From Prorocentrum cordatum (taxonomy: Eukaryota), in NCBI GenBank assembly GCA_963575745.1, contig CAUYUJ010000214.1, forward strand, positions 434,001-498,000: 64,000 nucleotides of DNA, given 5' to 3'. Positions 21,330 through 34,116 of the stretch are shown piece after piece (position 1 is the first letter of the stretch; the number at the start of each line of letters is the position of its first letter). The notes beneath the pieces were generated by a model that did not search any database, was not told the DNA's origin, and saw only the letters and a list, made by a program, of their open reading frames with translations. The translations under genes were made by a program, and so were the position numbers.

Positions 21330-24192
21330 AAATCGGCCAGCCGCTTCAGGAGATCGATTCTGCGCAGCCGGGGGAGCCGAGGGCGCAGTCCCTCGGTGGC
21401 CCAGGATGTCGGAGCCCACGGCCCCCGTCCGACAGGACACCCCCAGCGGGGCGAGGCGGTCGGGTTGCGGCGGGGTCGCCGGGGCCGCTCGGCCGAGAGA
21501 ACCGCCGCAGCACGGCAAATTGCCGCCGCGGTCGACGAGGAGCTCGAAAGGCTCGGCGCACACCGAGCAGGTGGCCGAGTTGCTGGCCGCTCGGGGGACT
21601 TTCGCCGTCGTCGGGGCGGAGCAGCGCGCGGCGGTTGGCTCTCGGGCGCCGCGCGGAGTGGACCCGATGCCACAGCAGGCGCGCAATGGAGACCTGTCTG
21701 GGAGCGCCGCCGCCCTGGAGCGGCCGTCGCCGCGGCACACGGGCGAGCGGGGGCGAGAGGCTGGCCGCCTCGCGGCCCTCGCCCGCTGGGCCGCCGAGGG
21801 CTCGCGGGCCGCCGAGGCCGCCGACGAGGCGCCCCCGCCGCCGCGCCTGCGGGCGCCCGCGGCTTCCCGACGCGGCTCCTCCGGGAGCTGCGGGAGCGGC
21901 CGCCTGCGGGCGCCTGCTGGCTCGGCGGCCCGACGCGCGTGGGGGCGCGCGGCGCGGGGCCGCGCGCGGTCGGGCCGCTTGCGACCCGCGCCGTCCGCCC
22001 TCGATCCCTCGATCCCTCCTCCTCCTCCTCCTCCTCCTCCTCCTCCTCCTCCTCCTCTTCCTCCTCCTCCTCCTCCTCTTCTTCTCCTCCCCCTCCTCCT
22101 CCTCTTCTTCTCCTCCCCTTCGATCCCTCCTTTTCCTCCTCCTCCTCCTCCTCCTTCTCCTCCTCCTCCTCCTCTTCTTTTCCTCCCCCTCCTGCAGCGA
22201 GCCCAAGCTGCAGGCGGAGGAGCGGAGGGAGCCAGGCGCAGAGTCGTGGGAGACACTGGAAGGAGGGGGAGGAGGGAGACGGAGCCGGGGAAAAGAGGAG
22301 GAGCGGGAGGAGGGGGAGGAAAGAGGAGGAGGAAGAGGAGGGGGGGAGGGGGAGCAAGCAGAGGAGGGAGCTGGGACTCGGACCGGGGATGCCTTCCAGC
22401 CAGAACAGAACCCCCAACTGCCCTGCCCGCACCCGTGGCTCGTATTGTTATCCAACGCACAGCCCGCGGGGTTACAACGGCCAGTTCTTCTACTGTAGCA
22501 CCGGTGCGCGAACATCTGTATGTCAAGAGCCCAGCCACTATGTCCTGCCCCAGGGCTGGAAGCGGTCCATCCCAGCAACCAACGACAAGTTCTACTAGCA
22601 CGACGAGCGGAACAATATCATCCGCAACGGCCCACTCGCACCACGATGTGCAGGGCAACCACCAGCATCGCCCAAACCAGGAACACCATCGCCACCAGCG
22701 CGATCACCTTACGTCGTCACATCAGCCCTGGACACCACATTGCCAGCTACAGCCAGGACGACATCGACAAGAGACAACTCGACAATCTCATTGACAACAA
22801 CAAGGACATGACCATCGACCATCTCTGCGATTATGTCGAAGCCAACAAGGTGAGCGCCAGCCTCAACAACAACATCATGATGAGACTCAGTCCGATAATT
22901 CAAGTAGCTACGAGGGCATCACACGGGTCATCAACGAGATACAGACGGCAGCAGCACTGCCAGCGATCAGAATGCAGAACTACGACGACGACGACCACAT
23001 TAAGCACCGCGTCACCATTAACCCAGACGTCTGCCAGTCAAACGTGGCACAGGGGGCCCCCGAGCCCACAGGGCACGCTGACGACATGAATCAGGACAAT
23101 GGTAACTTGATCGGCCCCGTGACAGGCGACTCTTTCCAAGCGACCGCTGCAACCATGACGCCCGCCCCCCACCCCCGTCCCACAACGGTGACGGACCCCA
23201 GCCCTCAGGCAGCACCCGCGTCTAGAACCGACCGCTGGAAGGCACCGCCCACCGACGGCCAATTATCCCAAGCCGTCGCATGCAGTGTTCTTCCGCCGCG
23301 GCGCGAGAGGACGGCATCAGTTGACGCGGGAGACCTGTCGTTGCAGCCCGACGTCCAGCGCCAACTGACTGACGACAGGCGACTGGGCCCAAGGGCCAAC
23401 TACGGCAGCAGCGCCACACGCAAGTCCCAAGCGGTGCCCGCCAAACCGCCTCCGAAGCCGACGCCGCCCCTCCGCGACGGCCGACCGCCTCGCAGGACGG
23501 TAAGGCCCCGCCTCCCGACAGCGCAGCGAAGCAGGCCGCCACAGGTAGCATGACCACAGTACGCGAAGGAGCTGAGACGCCAGTCGAGGAGCCACAAATT
23601 GGAATTCGCACAGGAGCGATGACAGCGGACATCCGGCGCGACGCGGCCAACCGACTGGTCGACACCATAAGCACCATCTACCACGACAAGAACGCAAAGT
23701 TTGTTAGGATGCGCAGGCGCAAGATCATCAAGGACAGTCTGACCAACGCCATCAACCCACGCGCCATGCATGACCAAGCTCATGACCCACATCTGCGAGA
23801 TCGACACGAGCGCGATCAGATCATGAACAACCTCGCCGGCGCGCTGCCGAACAACCAGGGAAACCAGATTCGCCCACCACTCGCCCCATGCATCACGACG
23901 GCGAACCAGAGGGTGCTGACGCAGTGCGTTATGCACCCTCCGCGCAGCATAATGGCACACCCAACCACAGGCGACGCCCAAGATGCGACCTTTCCATGCC
24001 ACTACAATCCATCGCCGTTGCGATAAGATCGCCAGCTGCATCAGAGTTGGCTTGCGGGACGACCCGAACGGGGAATGGGCGCCATTCGCAACGACGGCAT
24101 TCCAGAGAGGCATCGCACGGGGCGCGACCCGCCACGCGACCAACTTGCCGCGTTCCCAGGAGCAGGAACAAGCGACCAAGACTACCCTGAAG

Positions 24193-24340
24193 TCGGGCTT
24201 GTCTTTCTACAGGGGGACGAGTCAAAAATAATCCAACTGTAATTCGGGGGCGATTTTTAAATGTTTCATAACCATTTGGCGCTATGTTCTTGTATTTTCC
24301 CATTTTTTGTCAAATCCCCCTGCGCGGGGGACATGCCCGA
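24193..24340. mobile_element. AT-rich-core TIR element (family C), copy 1
   Basis: TCGGGCTTGTC..CTACAGGGGGA / TCCCCCTG..GGGGGACATGCCCGA; same TIR as 57168-57349. Confidence 0.6.
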
Positions 24341-25299
24341 AGTAAAACTACCCAGACGTTCCGCGGAGACCCGGGACACGACCCCTCCGACTCACCCCCA
24401 GACCTCGCGACGATCCCCAGACGCACCGCGCCCGAGCAGGGGCCACCGGGCGCCCACAATGACCGCCCAACGGGGTCTCAATAGGACCATTCCACGCAAG
24501 ACTGGGCACCGCAATCTTCGCCCGATGATCTGAGCTTGCGATGGGCAACGGGGAGAGGAGCCATCGCTTACGGCGATTAGTCGTCGAACAGGAACACTGC
24601 CTCACATTGCTACTGGAAGAACTGCCTCGCCCACGGCCGCGCAGGACTCCGATCGTGATCACAAACAAACGTGTGCCAGCGGGCAACGGGGCCTACTTCT
24701 TTGACTCGACATGCCGAGTACCGTGCTCCGACGCGTCCACCAACGACGACAATGAGGAGGAGGGCCCCCGCGGCCGCGACCGCGGGCGACGCGGGCTTCG
24801 AGACGGAAGCAGATGCCCGCGCCAGACAAGCGCGCGACCGCCACCGACTTGACCAGCTAGGAACCGCGCGCGGCGCGCGCAAACCCGCGCCGACCCCGCC
24901 GACATCATGATCGATTGCAACGCGACGCCCGGCCCAGCGCCGCGGCCCGCGGCGCGGACCTCCCACCTTGAGACGAACGCGCGCCACCGCCCCATTCTCT
25001 CCACAACTCCCACCCTCGCGCCGTGGCGGGGCCTGCCTCGCGGCGGCCCGCCAGTGCGCCGCTCGCCCTGCGCCGATGTCGCCCCCGGCGACCGACAGCT
25101 CCAGTTGCGCAATGTTGCCCCTGGCTGCGCGGGGCTCCGCCGGCTGCCCCTTGCCCCGCGCCTGACCTCGGCGCTATCCTTCTACCGACGAGCCGCGCTC
25201 GCTGTTGCGCTGGCGTCCGCGGCGCGCAACGGAACTCCCGCCTCGTCTCGGAGCGACAGCAGCACTGCATTCCTGCGCGCGGCTACGGCAGCGCGAGGA

Positions 25300-26155
25300 T
25301 CGAGGGTCCACGGCAGCGCAGGGCTCAAAAACCGCCGCGGCTTTCTCACCTGCACAAGATCACCCGACGTTTCGAATCACGACGACGGCGGCTCCACCCT
25401 CAACAGCTACGGTATGCAGTGGGTCCACGGTCGCACAGGGCCCCCAAACCCACCACGGCATTCCGACCCGCAGGCCAATGCTACGCTCGTGGGCCCACGG
25501 TGAGACAGGGGTCACAATCCGCCGCGGCTTTCGCACCCACTGAGGGACAGTTGGCGTTTCATAGCACCACGCGGTGCCTACGTCGACAGAGATGCTACGC
25601 AGTGGGTCCGTGGTCTTGCAGGGCTCCATGGCCCGCCGTGACTTTCTCACCCGCGCGCCGCCGCCGCGCGAGTGTGTCCATGGTCGCGCAGGGCATCGAA
25701 ACCCGCCGTGGCTGTCTCACCTTCAGGCCATCGCTAACTATGCTGGTGGGTCCACGGCGAGACGGGGCCCCGAAACCCGGCGTGGTTTTCTCGCGCGTTG
25801 CGGAGAAGATGGCGTTTCGTAACGCCACGCGGCGCCGACGCCGACTGATATGCTCATATGCCACGCAGTGGGTCCGCGGTCGCGCAGGGCTCCGCGGCCC
25901 GCCGCGGCCCCTCGTGGCTGTCTCACCTGCATGCCATCGCTATGCTGGTGGGTCCACGGCGAGACGGGGCTCCGAAACCCGCCGTGGCTTTCTCGCGCAC
26001 TGCGGAGAAGTTGGCGCTTCGTAGCGCCACGCGTCGCCGACGCCGACTGATATGCTCATATGCCACGCAGTGGGTCCGCGGTCGCGCAGGGCGCCGCCGC
26101 TGTGCGAGTGGGTCCGCAGCGCCACGGGGCCCCAGAACCCGCCGCGGCTCTCCTC
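25300..26155. repeat. Degenerate tandem repeat with a 202-bp higher-order duplication
   Basis: A GTGGGTCC(A/G)CGG motif recurs about 10 times; 25741-25890 is nearly identical to 25943-26092. Confidence 0.75.
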
Positions 26156-27213
26156 GCCCACGGATGCCACCGTTCTCGGATCAGTTTTGGTGGGGCCGCT
26201 GTATTCACAGACCAGCGGGTAGAGCTCTCTCGTGCGCCTTCTTCCTCTTGGCGGCGGCCCCGATCGCTGGCGCCGCCGGGGCCTCGGAGGCGACGGCGCG
26301 CGGAGCTTGCTTCCAGCCGGTCCTGAGAGGGCCCCCCGCTCAACTCCGACCGGCCCTTTGCTCTTGGCCCCGCCTGCCTGTGACCTGCTTCCCCCGCCGC
26401 CCGCCCCGCTAACCTTCCCCCCCCATTCTCGCGGCGGCGGGGTTGGGCGGGGTCAGTGGGGGGGGGGGTGCTCGGCTAGCCGACGGCCGCCCTGGCAAGG
26501 GCCGGGGCAGCCGCGGCGCGCGGGCAGCGGGGCGCCCCCGGGCTGCAGCAACAGCCGCAAGCTGCAACGGCGACCAGCTTCGAAACTCCAGCCCTAACCT
26601 CCCCCACCGCCGGGAGCCCTGGCACGCCGCATTCGCTCTTGCCCAGCCAGCTTCTCGGCCATCGCCAACCGTTGCGAGTCAGCAGTGTGATGCCCGTCGC
26701 TCCACCCTTGTCAAGGGCGTCATTTTTTGGCTCGCTTCCGCATGGCCCTTCCTCTTTCAGCATCGGTGCGCCGGCGCGCTTGCTGCGCCCGCGCCGCCAA
26801 CCTTCGCACGGCCAGCTCCCGCGCAGCAGTTCGACGGTGGTGGGTTTATTGGGTGGGCGGGATGCGGAACCTGCCGTCGGCCGCCCTGGCGTTGGCCGGA
26901 GCTGCCGAGGCCGCGGCCGCGGCCGGGACGGCTGCTGTCTCCCACAGCCCATTTGTCCTTCAGCATGCGTTGCTGTTCCAACCTCCGCGTCAATGACCTC
27001 GTCCAGCGCCGTGCCACATGGCCCCGCCAACCCGCCAACACCGCCGGCCTCCCTGGCGTTGGCCTGGGCGGCCGCGGGGATCGATGTGTGAGCCCTCGTC
27101 CAGAGAGGGGAGGAGGAGAATGAGGAGGAGGAGGAGGAGGAGGAGGAGGAGGAGGAGGAGGAGGAGGAGGAGGAGGAGGAGGAGGAGGAGGAGGAGGAGG
27201 AGGAGGAGGAGGA

Positions 27214-27253
<40 letters not shown>

Positions 27254-28819
27254 GAGGAGGAGGAGGAGGAGGAGGGAAGGAGGAGGGAGGAGGAGGAGGA
27301 GGAGGAGGAGGGCAAGCACAGAAAGGATCAGGAGGAGGAGGAGGAGGGGACGGAGGAGGAGGAGGAGGAGGAACGCTGCCAGTCGTGCTCCGGTGCCCCT
27401 TGCCCCTTGCCTGCGCCGTGCGCTCTTTCCGCGCGCTCGCCTTCGGGCCACCCGCGGCCCGTCTCGCCGTCTCATCATGCCGGCAGCGCCCCGCAGCCTT
27501 GTTGCCTGTCATGGCGGTTTGAGGGGAGGGAGGAGGGAGGGATATGTGGATATGAGGAGGGAAGGGAGGGTAAGGGAGGGTGGGGAGGGGACTGGGGAAG
27601 GGAAACGCTGGGGGGGAGGGGTCGGGGGAGTGGAGGGGTTTTGTTGGGGTTGGGGAGCGGAGGTGAAGGGGTGGGGATCGGGGGAGCTGAGGGTCGGGAA
27701 GGTGGTGGTACGGGGAGGGTGGGGGTGGGTGGGAGGGGGTGGGTGGGTCGGGGTGGGAGGGGGTTGGGAGGGAGGGGGGAGGAGGGATGTTGGGAGGGGA
27801 GCGAAGCTCACCAGAAGAAGATGGGAAGGGAAGGAGACCCAAAAGCAACCGAAAGCAGAAGAAAGAAAGAAGAAGCGCCGCATAGCGAAGACGAGCGAAG
27901 AAGACGTCACGAAGACACCAGAAGCGAAGAATCCTGGGAAGCGCGAGACACGTAAGAACGACCGACACGCGAATAACAAGAAGAAGACGCGGAAGCGAAG
28001 CAGATCTCCTCCCTACTCCCCTCACCCCTTCATCCTCCTCTCCTACCTCCTCTCCTTCCTCCTGACCTCCTCCTCCTCTCCTTTCATCCCCTCCCCCCTC
28101 CTCCCCTCCTCTCCTCATCCTCCTCCTCCCTCCCCCTCCTCCTCCCCCTCCTCCTCCTATCCTCCTCCTCCTCCTCCTCTCCCCTCTTCCTCTCCTCCTC
28201 TATCTCCTCCTCCCCGTCCTCGTCCTCCTCCCTCCTTCCCCTCCTTCTCCTCCTCCTCCTCCTCCTCTCCTCCTCTTCCTCCTCCTCCTCCTCTTCTCCT
28301 CCTCCTCCTCCGGCCTGCTGCTGCTGCTGCTGCTCCTCCTCCTCCTCCGCCTACTCCTCCTCCTCCTCCTCCTTTTCCTTGACGCTTACGGAGCGGGGGC
28401 CGCGGGACGCCCCCCGCAGGCGGAACCCGGGACCTCGACGACGCGGTCCCGCACGGGCAGCGCCTCTAGCGGCGGCTCGCTCCACGGGCCCGGTCGCCCC
28501 AGGAGGCGCGCTTTTCCCGTCGTCGGCGCCGTCGTCTGTGGCCGAGCGTCGAGGGCAGCGCGTTCTCCCCTGAGCAGTGCTTGCACCTAGGGCGGAGAGG
28601 GAGGAGGAGGAGGAGGAGGAGGAGGAGGAGGAGGAGGAGGAGGAGGAGGAGGAGGAGGAGGAGGAGGAGGAGGAGGAGGCTGAGGAGGAGGCGGATTTTC
28701 TTATCTTGTTTAGAATGGACCGGACGGTCGTCGCCGCTCGTCGCCGCCCGTCGCCGCCCGTCGCCGCCGCCCGTATGGGCCTGTGTGCCCGTTCCCGTCG
28801 TCGACGCCGTCAGCTGGAG

Positions 28820-28839
28820 CCGAGCCACTTTGGCTCAGG
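28820..28839 (+). other. Dinoflagellate spliced-leader relic
   Basis: CCG-AGCCACTTTGGCTCAGG versus DinoSL CCGTAGCCATTTTGGCTCAAG (18/21); an ATG follows about 100 bp downstream. Confidence 0.65.
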
Positions 28840-29451
28840 GCGGCACCCAGGCAGCACTGTTCCCCGCACGTCCTGGTCGAGCTGCCCGCTCGGCTTCCTC
28901 CGCAGGACCAGCCTCGCGCGCACTCTGCAGCGGCCGGGATGGCAGCCGTGGAGCGCGTCGCAGCTCCCGCGTCCGCCTCAGCACAGAGTGCATGGCAGCG
29001 GGAACAGCGGCGCCGAACTGACGGCAAGATCTTCGCAGATGTAGAGAGGACATGAAGGATGCAGAGACCGACGACGGCATGGGCCTTCTCGATCTCGCGG
29101 GCGCGGTGGTGAAGCCCACTGCGGCGGCTGGCGAGCCCGTGGCACCCCCGGATTGGAGGCGCTCCCCGCGGTCAGCGCGGGCCGCTGCCGCCACCGCCGA
29201 CGGGCCCCGCCCAACTGAGCCCAGCCAAGTTCACCATCGAGCCGATCAACGAGGGCATGGGTGCGCGAGTGGAGGGCATCGCGGCGCTGGTCACAGCCGT
29301 GCGCCGCTTGTCGGGGCCAAGCTGCGTGCTGCAGGAGGCGAGGCTGGAGGCGCTGGAGTTGGGGCGGGCGTCGTCGGCAGCCAGCGCCGCGGCCTCAAGG
29401 CCTGGCCTGGGCTCGGCGCCAGGTCAGCCTGACCCGTGCAGTTCCTACTTG

Positions 29452-29506
29452 TGATGGGCCTGTTTTCCACCACCACCACCAGCATAAATTGGCGGGGGGA
29501 AGGAGG

Positions 29507-29599
<93 letters not shown>

Positions 29600-29928
29600 C
29601 TGATGATGATGCTGGTGATGGTTGTTGGTGTTGGTTGATGGTGATGGTGATGGTGATGGTGATGGTGATGGTGATGATGTGATGATGATGAAGAAGAATG
29701 ATGATGATGATTGTGAGGAGGAGGAGGAGGAGGAGGAGGGAGGAGGAGGAGGAGGAGGAGGAGGAGGATGGTGGGGAGGAGAGGAGGAGGAGGAGGGAGG
29801 AGAAGGGGTAGGAGGTGTGGTGAGGAGGAGGCGGTGAGGAGGAGGAGGAGGAGAGAGGGAGGAGGAGGAGGAGGAAGAGGACCCCCTCCCCCTCCAACTT
29901 ATGGTGGTGGTGGAAAGCAGGCCCATCA
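29452..29928. mobile_element. MITE family B, copy 1, with microsatellite core
   Basis: TIRs TGATGGGCCTG.TTTCCACCACCACC; flanked by TACTTG on both sides; the interior is (GAT)n/(GGA)n. Confidence 0.85.
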
Positions 29929-30069
29929 TACTTGCAGCGCGGGGCGGCTCCGAGCGGGCAGGTTCCAGATGGAGCGGCGCCCGCGGTGCGATCGCATGGG
30001 CGGAGCACCAAACACGTTGTCTCCGTGGCAGGTTCAACAGACGCGCGGGGCAAGGAGGAGGTCGAACGC

Positions 30070-30169
30070 NNNNNNNNNNNNNNNNNNNNNNNNNNNNNNN
30101 NNNNNNNNNNNNNNNNNNNNNNNNNNNNNNNNNNNNNNNNNNNNNNNNNNNNNNNNNNNNNNNNNNNNN
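30070..30169. other. Assembly gap (100 N)
   Basis: Run of exactly 100 N; contiguity across it is not guaranteed. Confidence 0.99.
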
Positions 30170-30240
30170 CGACGATCACGACGACGACGACGACGACGAC
30201 GACGACGTCGACGACGACGACGACGATCACGACGACGACT

Positions 30241-30289
<49 letters not shown>

Positions 30290-31821
30290 TCGCGACGACG
30301 ACGATCGCGACGGCGGCGGCGGCGGCTGCGACGACGGAGAGGGTCACGGTGCGCTCCTGGTCGAGGCGCTGGGCGAGAGCAGTCAGCCCGGCGGCCCCGT
30401 GCCTCTTCCGGGGAGCGGGAGGAGCGCGCGGTGGCTTTGGGCTGCAGACGGGACCTTCGGATCTTTGGCTTCGCTTTGGGCGCGCGGGAGGAGGGGAAGG
30501 GGGCGAGGAAGAGGAGGAGGTTCCCTAAGGGCTTGTCGGCTTTTCGCCAAGCGACTTGTGGGAATCGAGCCAGATACATCCAGGTAAATGCAGATAAATC
30601 TAGATGAATCCAGGTCAATCCAGGTCAATCGAGATAAATCCGGGGAAATCCAGGTAAATCCAGAGATCTCCAGGGAAGGTTGGAGCAACTCGCGGCCGCT
30701 CTAGCGCGAGTGGAAGGACGGCAGAACTCGTTAAGCCCTTAACGAGGAGGTGGAGCGGGGCGCTGCGGCTTTAAAACGAGGACCCAGCGTACGGGAGCGT
30801 TGGCAGGCACCGAGGGGTCCAGGGTCGTCCGCCAGTGCCGGCACCTGAGGGCCGACCAGAAAATAAGGAGTCGATGCGCATATCAGACATGTCAAGTAAG
30901 GTTCACAGCGCCGTGCGTCGTTCCCTACTGCATGGGGCCGGCAGCACATGCTGTGTCAGAGGTGAACTCTGTCGAGCTGGCGGCATGCGCGCCCTGACTG
31001 TCATGTTAGGCGCTCTGAGCCGTCTTAGGCGCTCTGAGGTCCGTCTTGGGAGCCGTCTTCATTCTAAAGCGTTGTCCTCACTTGGTTGACGCGTCGAGAG
31101 CAAATTGCTGTTCTTGTTAGCTCTCGCTGCGCCGGGAACGTCTGGACCTACGTTTCTCGCGAAGCAGTGCATTAGCACCGGGGCCGACCTCGCTTGGTTG
31201 ACGCGTCGAGAGCAAGTGGCTGTTCCTGTTGGCTCTCGCCGCGGCGGGGACGAAGCGGTGCATGAGTACCATGGCCAGGTCGGCACCTGGCAGAGCGTTC
31301 TGCTGCCGACCTGCTCCTCCTCCTTCTCCTCCTCCTCCTCCTCCTCCCTTTCCTCCTCGTCCTCCTCCTCCTCCTCCTCCTCCTCCTCCTCCTCCTCCTC
31401 CTCCTCCTCCTCCTCCTCCTCTTCCCCCCAGGACCAGTGATGGCCGAGCTGCTTCCGTAAGAGGGCAGGTGGCACCGTCGACCCGAAGACGGGCTCGATG
31501 TTGCCGCTGCGATGACTCGGGGAGGCCCTCCTCTCCGTTCCTCGAGCCCCCCCGAGCCCTGTGAGATCGAGCGCAGTGCGCATTCAATGCCAAGCCAGTT
31601 CCATGTGAAGTGATGCATCGCATCGCAAATCAAGGCAAAGCAGTTCGTTGGAATGCAGATCGATGCAGTCCAAGATATCGCGCATAATTAGGAAGTCAAA
31701 ACGACCAAACACAAAGTAGTGCACACGCACTGCAAAGGCATGGACGTCACAGTCTGTCTCTCATCGCGTTGGTCCAAGGCGTGTGGCCCGAGGACAGATT
31801 CCCTTGCACAAGCACTTGCAA

Positions 31822-32574
31822 ATGGGTAGCATGCGCCGACAGGCATCGAGTTCCTCATCGTGTACAGTGACAGTCGAGTCGGATAGCGATGTAGACGTGG
31901 AGAGTTTGGGCGGTGGGGAGGCTGCGTGCAGAAATAGCGCTCGCACCATGGCTCTGGTGTTCTTTGTGCTCGGCGCGGGCTTAGAACTGCCTTACCAGGC
32001 TCTCATCTTAGCAGTTGATTTCTTCAAGGATCATTACGACGGCGGGATTGTGTACAGTGTGACCGTCGCTTTCGACCCGACAGCGTTGCTCACCCTGGTC
32101 CTCTTGATGAAGGGCCTCGACGCCTGGCTGTGCTCGCGGCATTTGCGCTGTGCGGTGGTTTTCGTGTTCGAGGCCTTTCTGCTCATGTGCATCCACGCGT
32201 TGCCACGCTTCAAGCTCATTGCGTTGCCAGCCACGCTCGCTTGCGTCAGCGCCATCGGTGTGGGCACAGCTCTGCAGCACTTCAGCGTTTTTGGCTTCGC
32301 CGCGGAGAGTTACCCTCGTTGCGTCGCTTCACTTTCATCGGGCCTCAACTTCTCTGGCGTCATAGCATCTTTCATCCGCTTGGCTACAAAGTTGCTGGAC
32401 ACAGGGCACTTCGGCCACGACATCGATCTTGAGGGCGCGTACTTCGGGTTCACTGCAATGTGGTGCTTGGCTTGCGCCGCCATCGTGTTTGGGATCTCGC
32501 CGCCGCTTGATGCTTGGAGCTGTTGCTGTTTACAAGAGGATAATGATTCTACAGGCTTGCGCCACATCCGCTGG
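31822..32574 (+). CDS. Equilibrative nucleoside transporter (ENT/SLC29 family), exon 1; 3' boundary uncertain
   Basis: FFVLGAGLELPYQALILAVDFF (ENT TM1-like), GVGTALQHFSVFGFAAESYPRCVASLSSGLNFSGVIASFIRLATK and several hydrophobic helices. Candidate donors are TGG|GT at 32574 or GAG|GA at 32538. Confidence 0.8.
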
Positions 32575-33651
32575 GTTAGTTGGTCAGTTGTTTGTATCAC
32601 GTTGGATGCCATGTTGGGCGTTTTCGACCCCTCGTAAGCGTCTGTGAGGCCATCATCGACTCACTCGGGCCCGTCTTGGCGCACTCATTGGGGCCGCTGG
32701 GCCCGATTTGGGCTCTTCGAGGTTGTCAGAAGCCTGCGCTGGAGGGAGAGCCAATGTCATTGGCTAGCCCAGTGCGTAGCAATGCTTTGGGCTTCCCGCG
32801 GGCATTTCTGTAGGTCTTCCAGTAGCAACTTTGAGCGTGCTTGGAGCCTACTGGGCTTCTCAGGTCGCATCGGGAGTCGCTTTGGGGCTAGAGGCGGTCG
32901 CTTGACATTCTCGACATCGCGAGTCCGAAGCCAGCGACATTGGGAAGGTCTTACGGACGGTGCCGCTGACCCTGAAGGTGGACGACGACGACGACGACGA
33001 CGCTGACGCTTTGGAGCCCTCCTTGGGGCTCCCTTGGGAGCCTATCGGGCTCTACAGTGAGCGGCTTGTATAAGGAACGCTTACTTTTCAAAAGGGGCTC
33101 GGTCGTTCCTTAGGCTTGCATGCGTTATTTATCGTTCCCTATGCGTTATGCATTATTTGCTCATCGTTCCCTATGCGTTATTCCTTGGAAGAAAGGGGCT
33201 TCGTTCCTTATTTATCTTTCCTTAGGTCAGGCCGATGACTGTATTGGGGGGCCTCTTGGGGGACTTCTTGGGGAGCTCCGTGGCCACTGCCTGCTTTCCC
33301 CCTGTCCACCAGAAGACTACACCCCCGTCCCCCTTGTCCTCCCGGAGTCGCCCGGGGGGGGGGGGGGGGGTCGGCGACCTGCCTCGGGGGCCCCCTGGGA
33401 CCCCCTCGCCGACCCCCCCCCCACGGAAGGGAAGAAGGGATCAAAGGGGAAGGGGCCTCCCTTCCACTCAACTACGGCGTTGTCTGGTATTTGGCCCCGT
33501 CGGGCTCTCCGCCGGGCGGCCCGGCAGGAGTCCGGGCTGAGCCTCGGGCCGCCCCGGGGTGTCATCCACGCTGGCGGGGGGCTGCGTGCACGACTCCGAA
33601 AGGCCTCCTGCCCACCCCGCCACCGCGACGGGAGTCCGAGCCTGAGACGTA

Positions 33652-33808
33652 CAGTCGGGCTTGATTGGAGAGGACACGCGAGAGGACACAAGACCCTTCC
33701 GAAGGCCACATCGCCACAGGAGTAGTGCAAGAAGGCACGCGTCGCGAGGCACAGGGCACAAGGGTACCCTTGAGCTGGCAGGGTCGACCTGCGAACCCGG
33801 GCCGACTG
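33652..33808. mobile_element. Tc1/mariner-like MITE (TA TSD) nested in a dispersed repeat
   Basis: TA|CAGTCGG...CCGACTG|TA; the paralogous repeat near 37390 lacks this segment (empty site). Confidence 0.75.
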
Positions 33809-34006
33809 TATTGGGTAAATGCCAGGTGTATGTTGGGATGCCTCTCGGGGGGGCCCCTTGGAGGTGTCTTGGGGGCCTCTTGGGGAGATTTAGGAGACCT
33901 TTTGGGGGAGCCTCTTAGGCCAGCCAGGGAGCTAAGATGCTCCTCCTTCTCCTTCTCCTTCTCTTTCTCCTCCTCCTCCTCCTCCTCCTCCTCCTCCTCC
34001 TCCTCC

Positions 34007-34043
<37 letters not shown>

Positions 34044-34050
34044 TATCAGC

Positions 34051-34116
<66 letters not shown>

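Noticed and set aside
26718..26735. Weak spliced-leader-like match (GTCATTTTTTGGCTCG)
   Set aside because: Too short and degenerate to distinguish from chance.
30575..30675. 10-bp ATCCAGGTAA-like tandem repeat; also the 14-bp repeat at about 36955-37030 and the 27-bp duplication at 31077/31189
   Set aside because: Short ordinary minisatellites or local duplications with no further structure.
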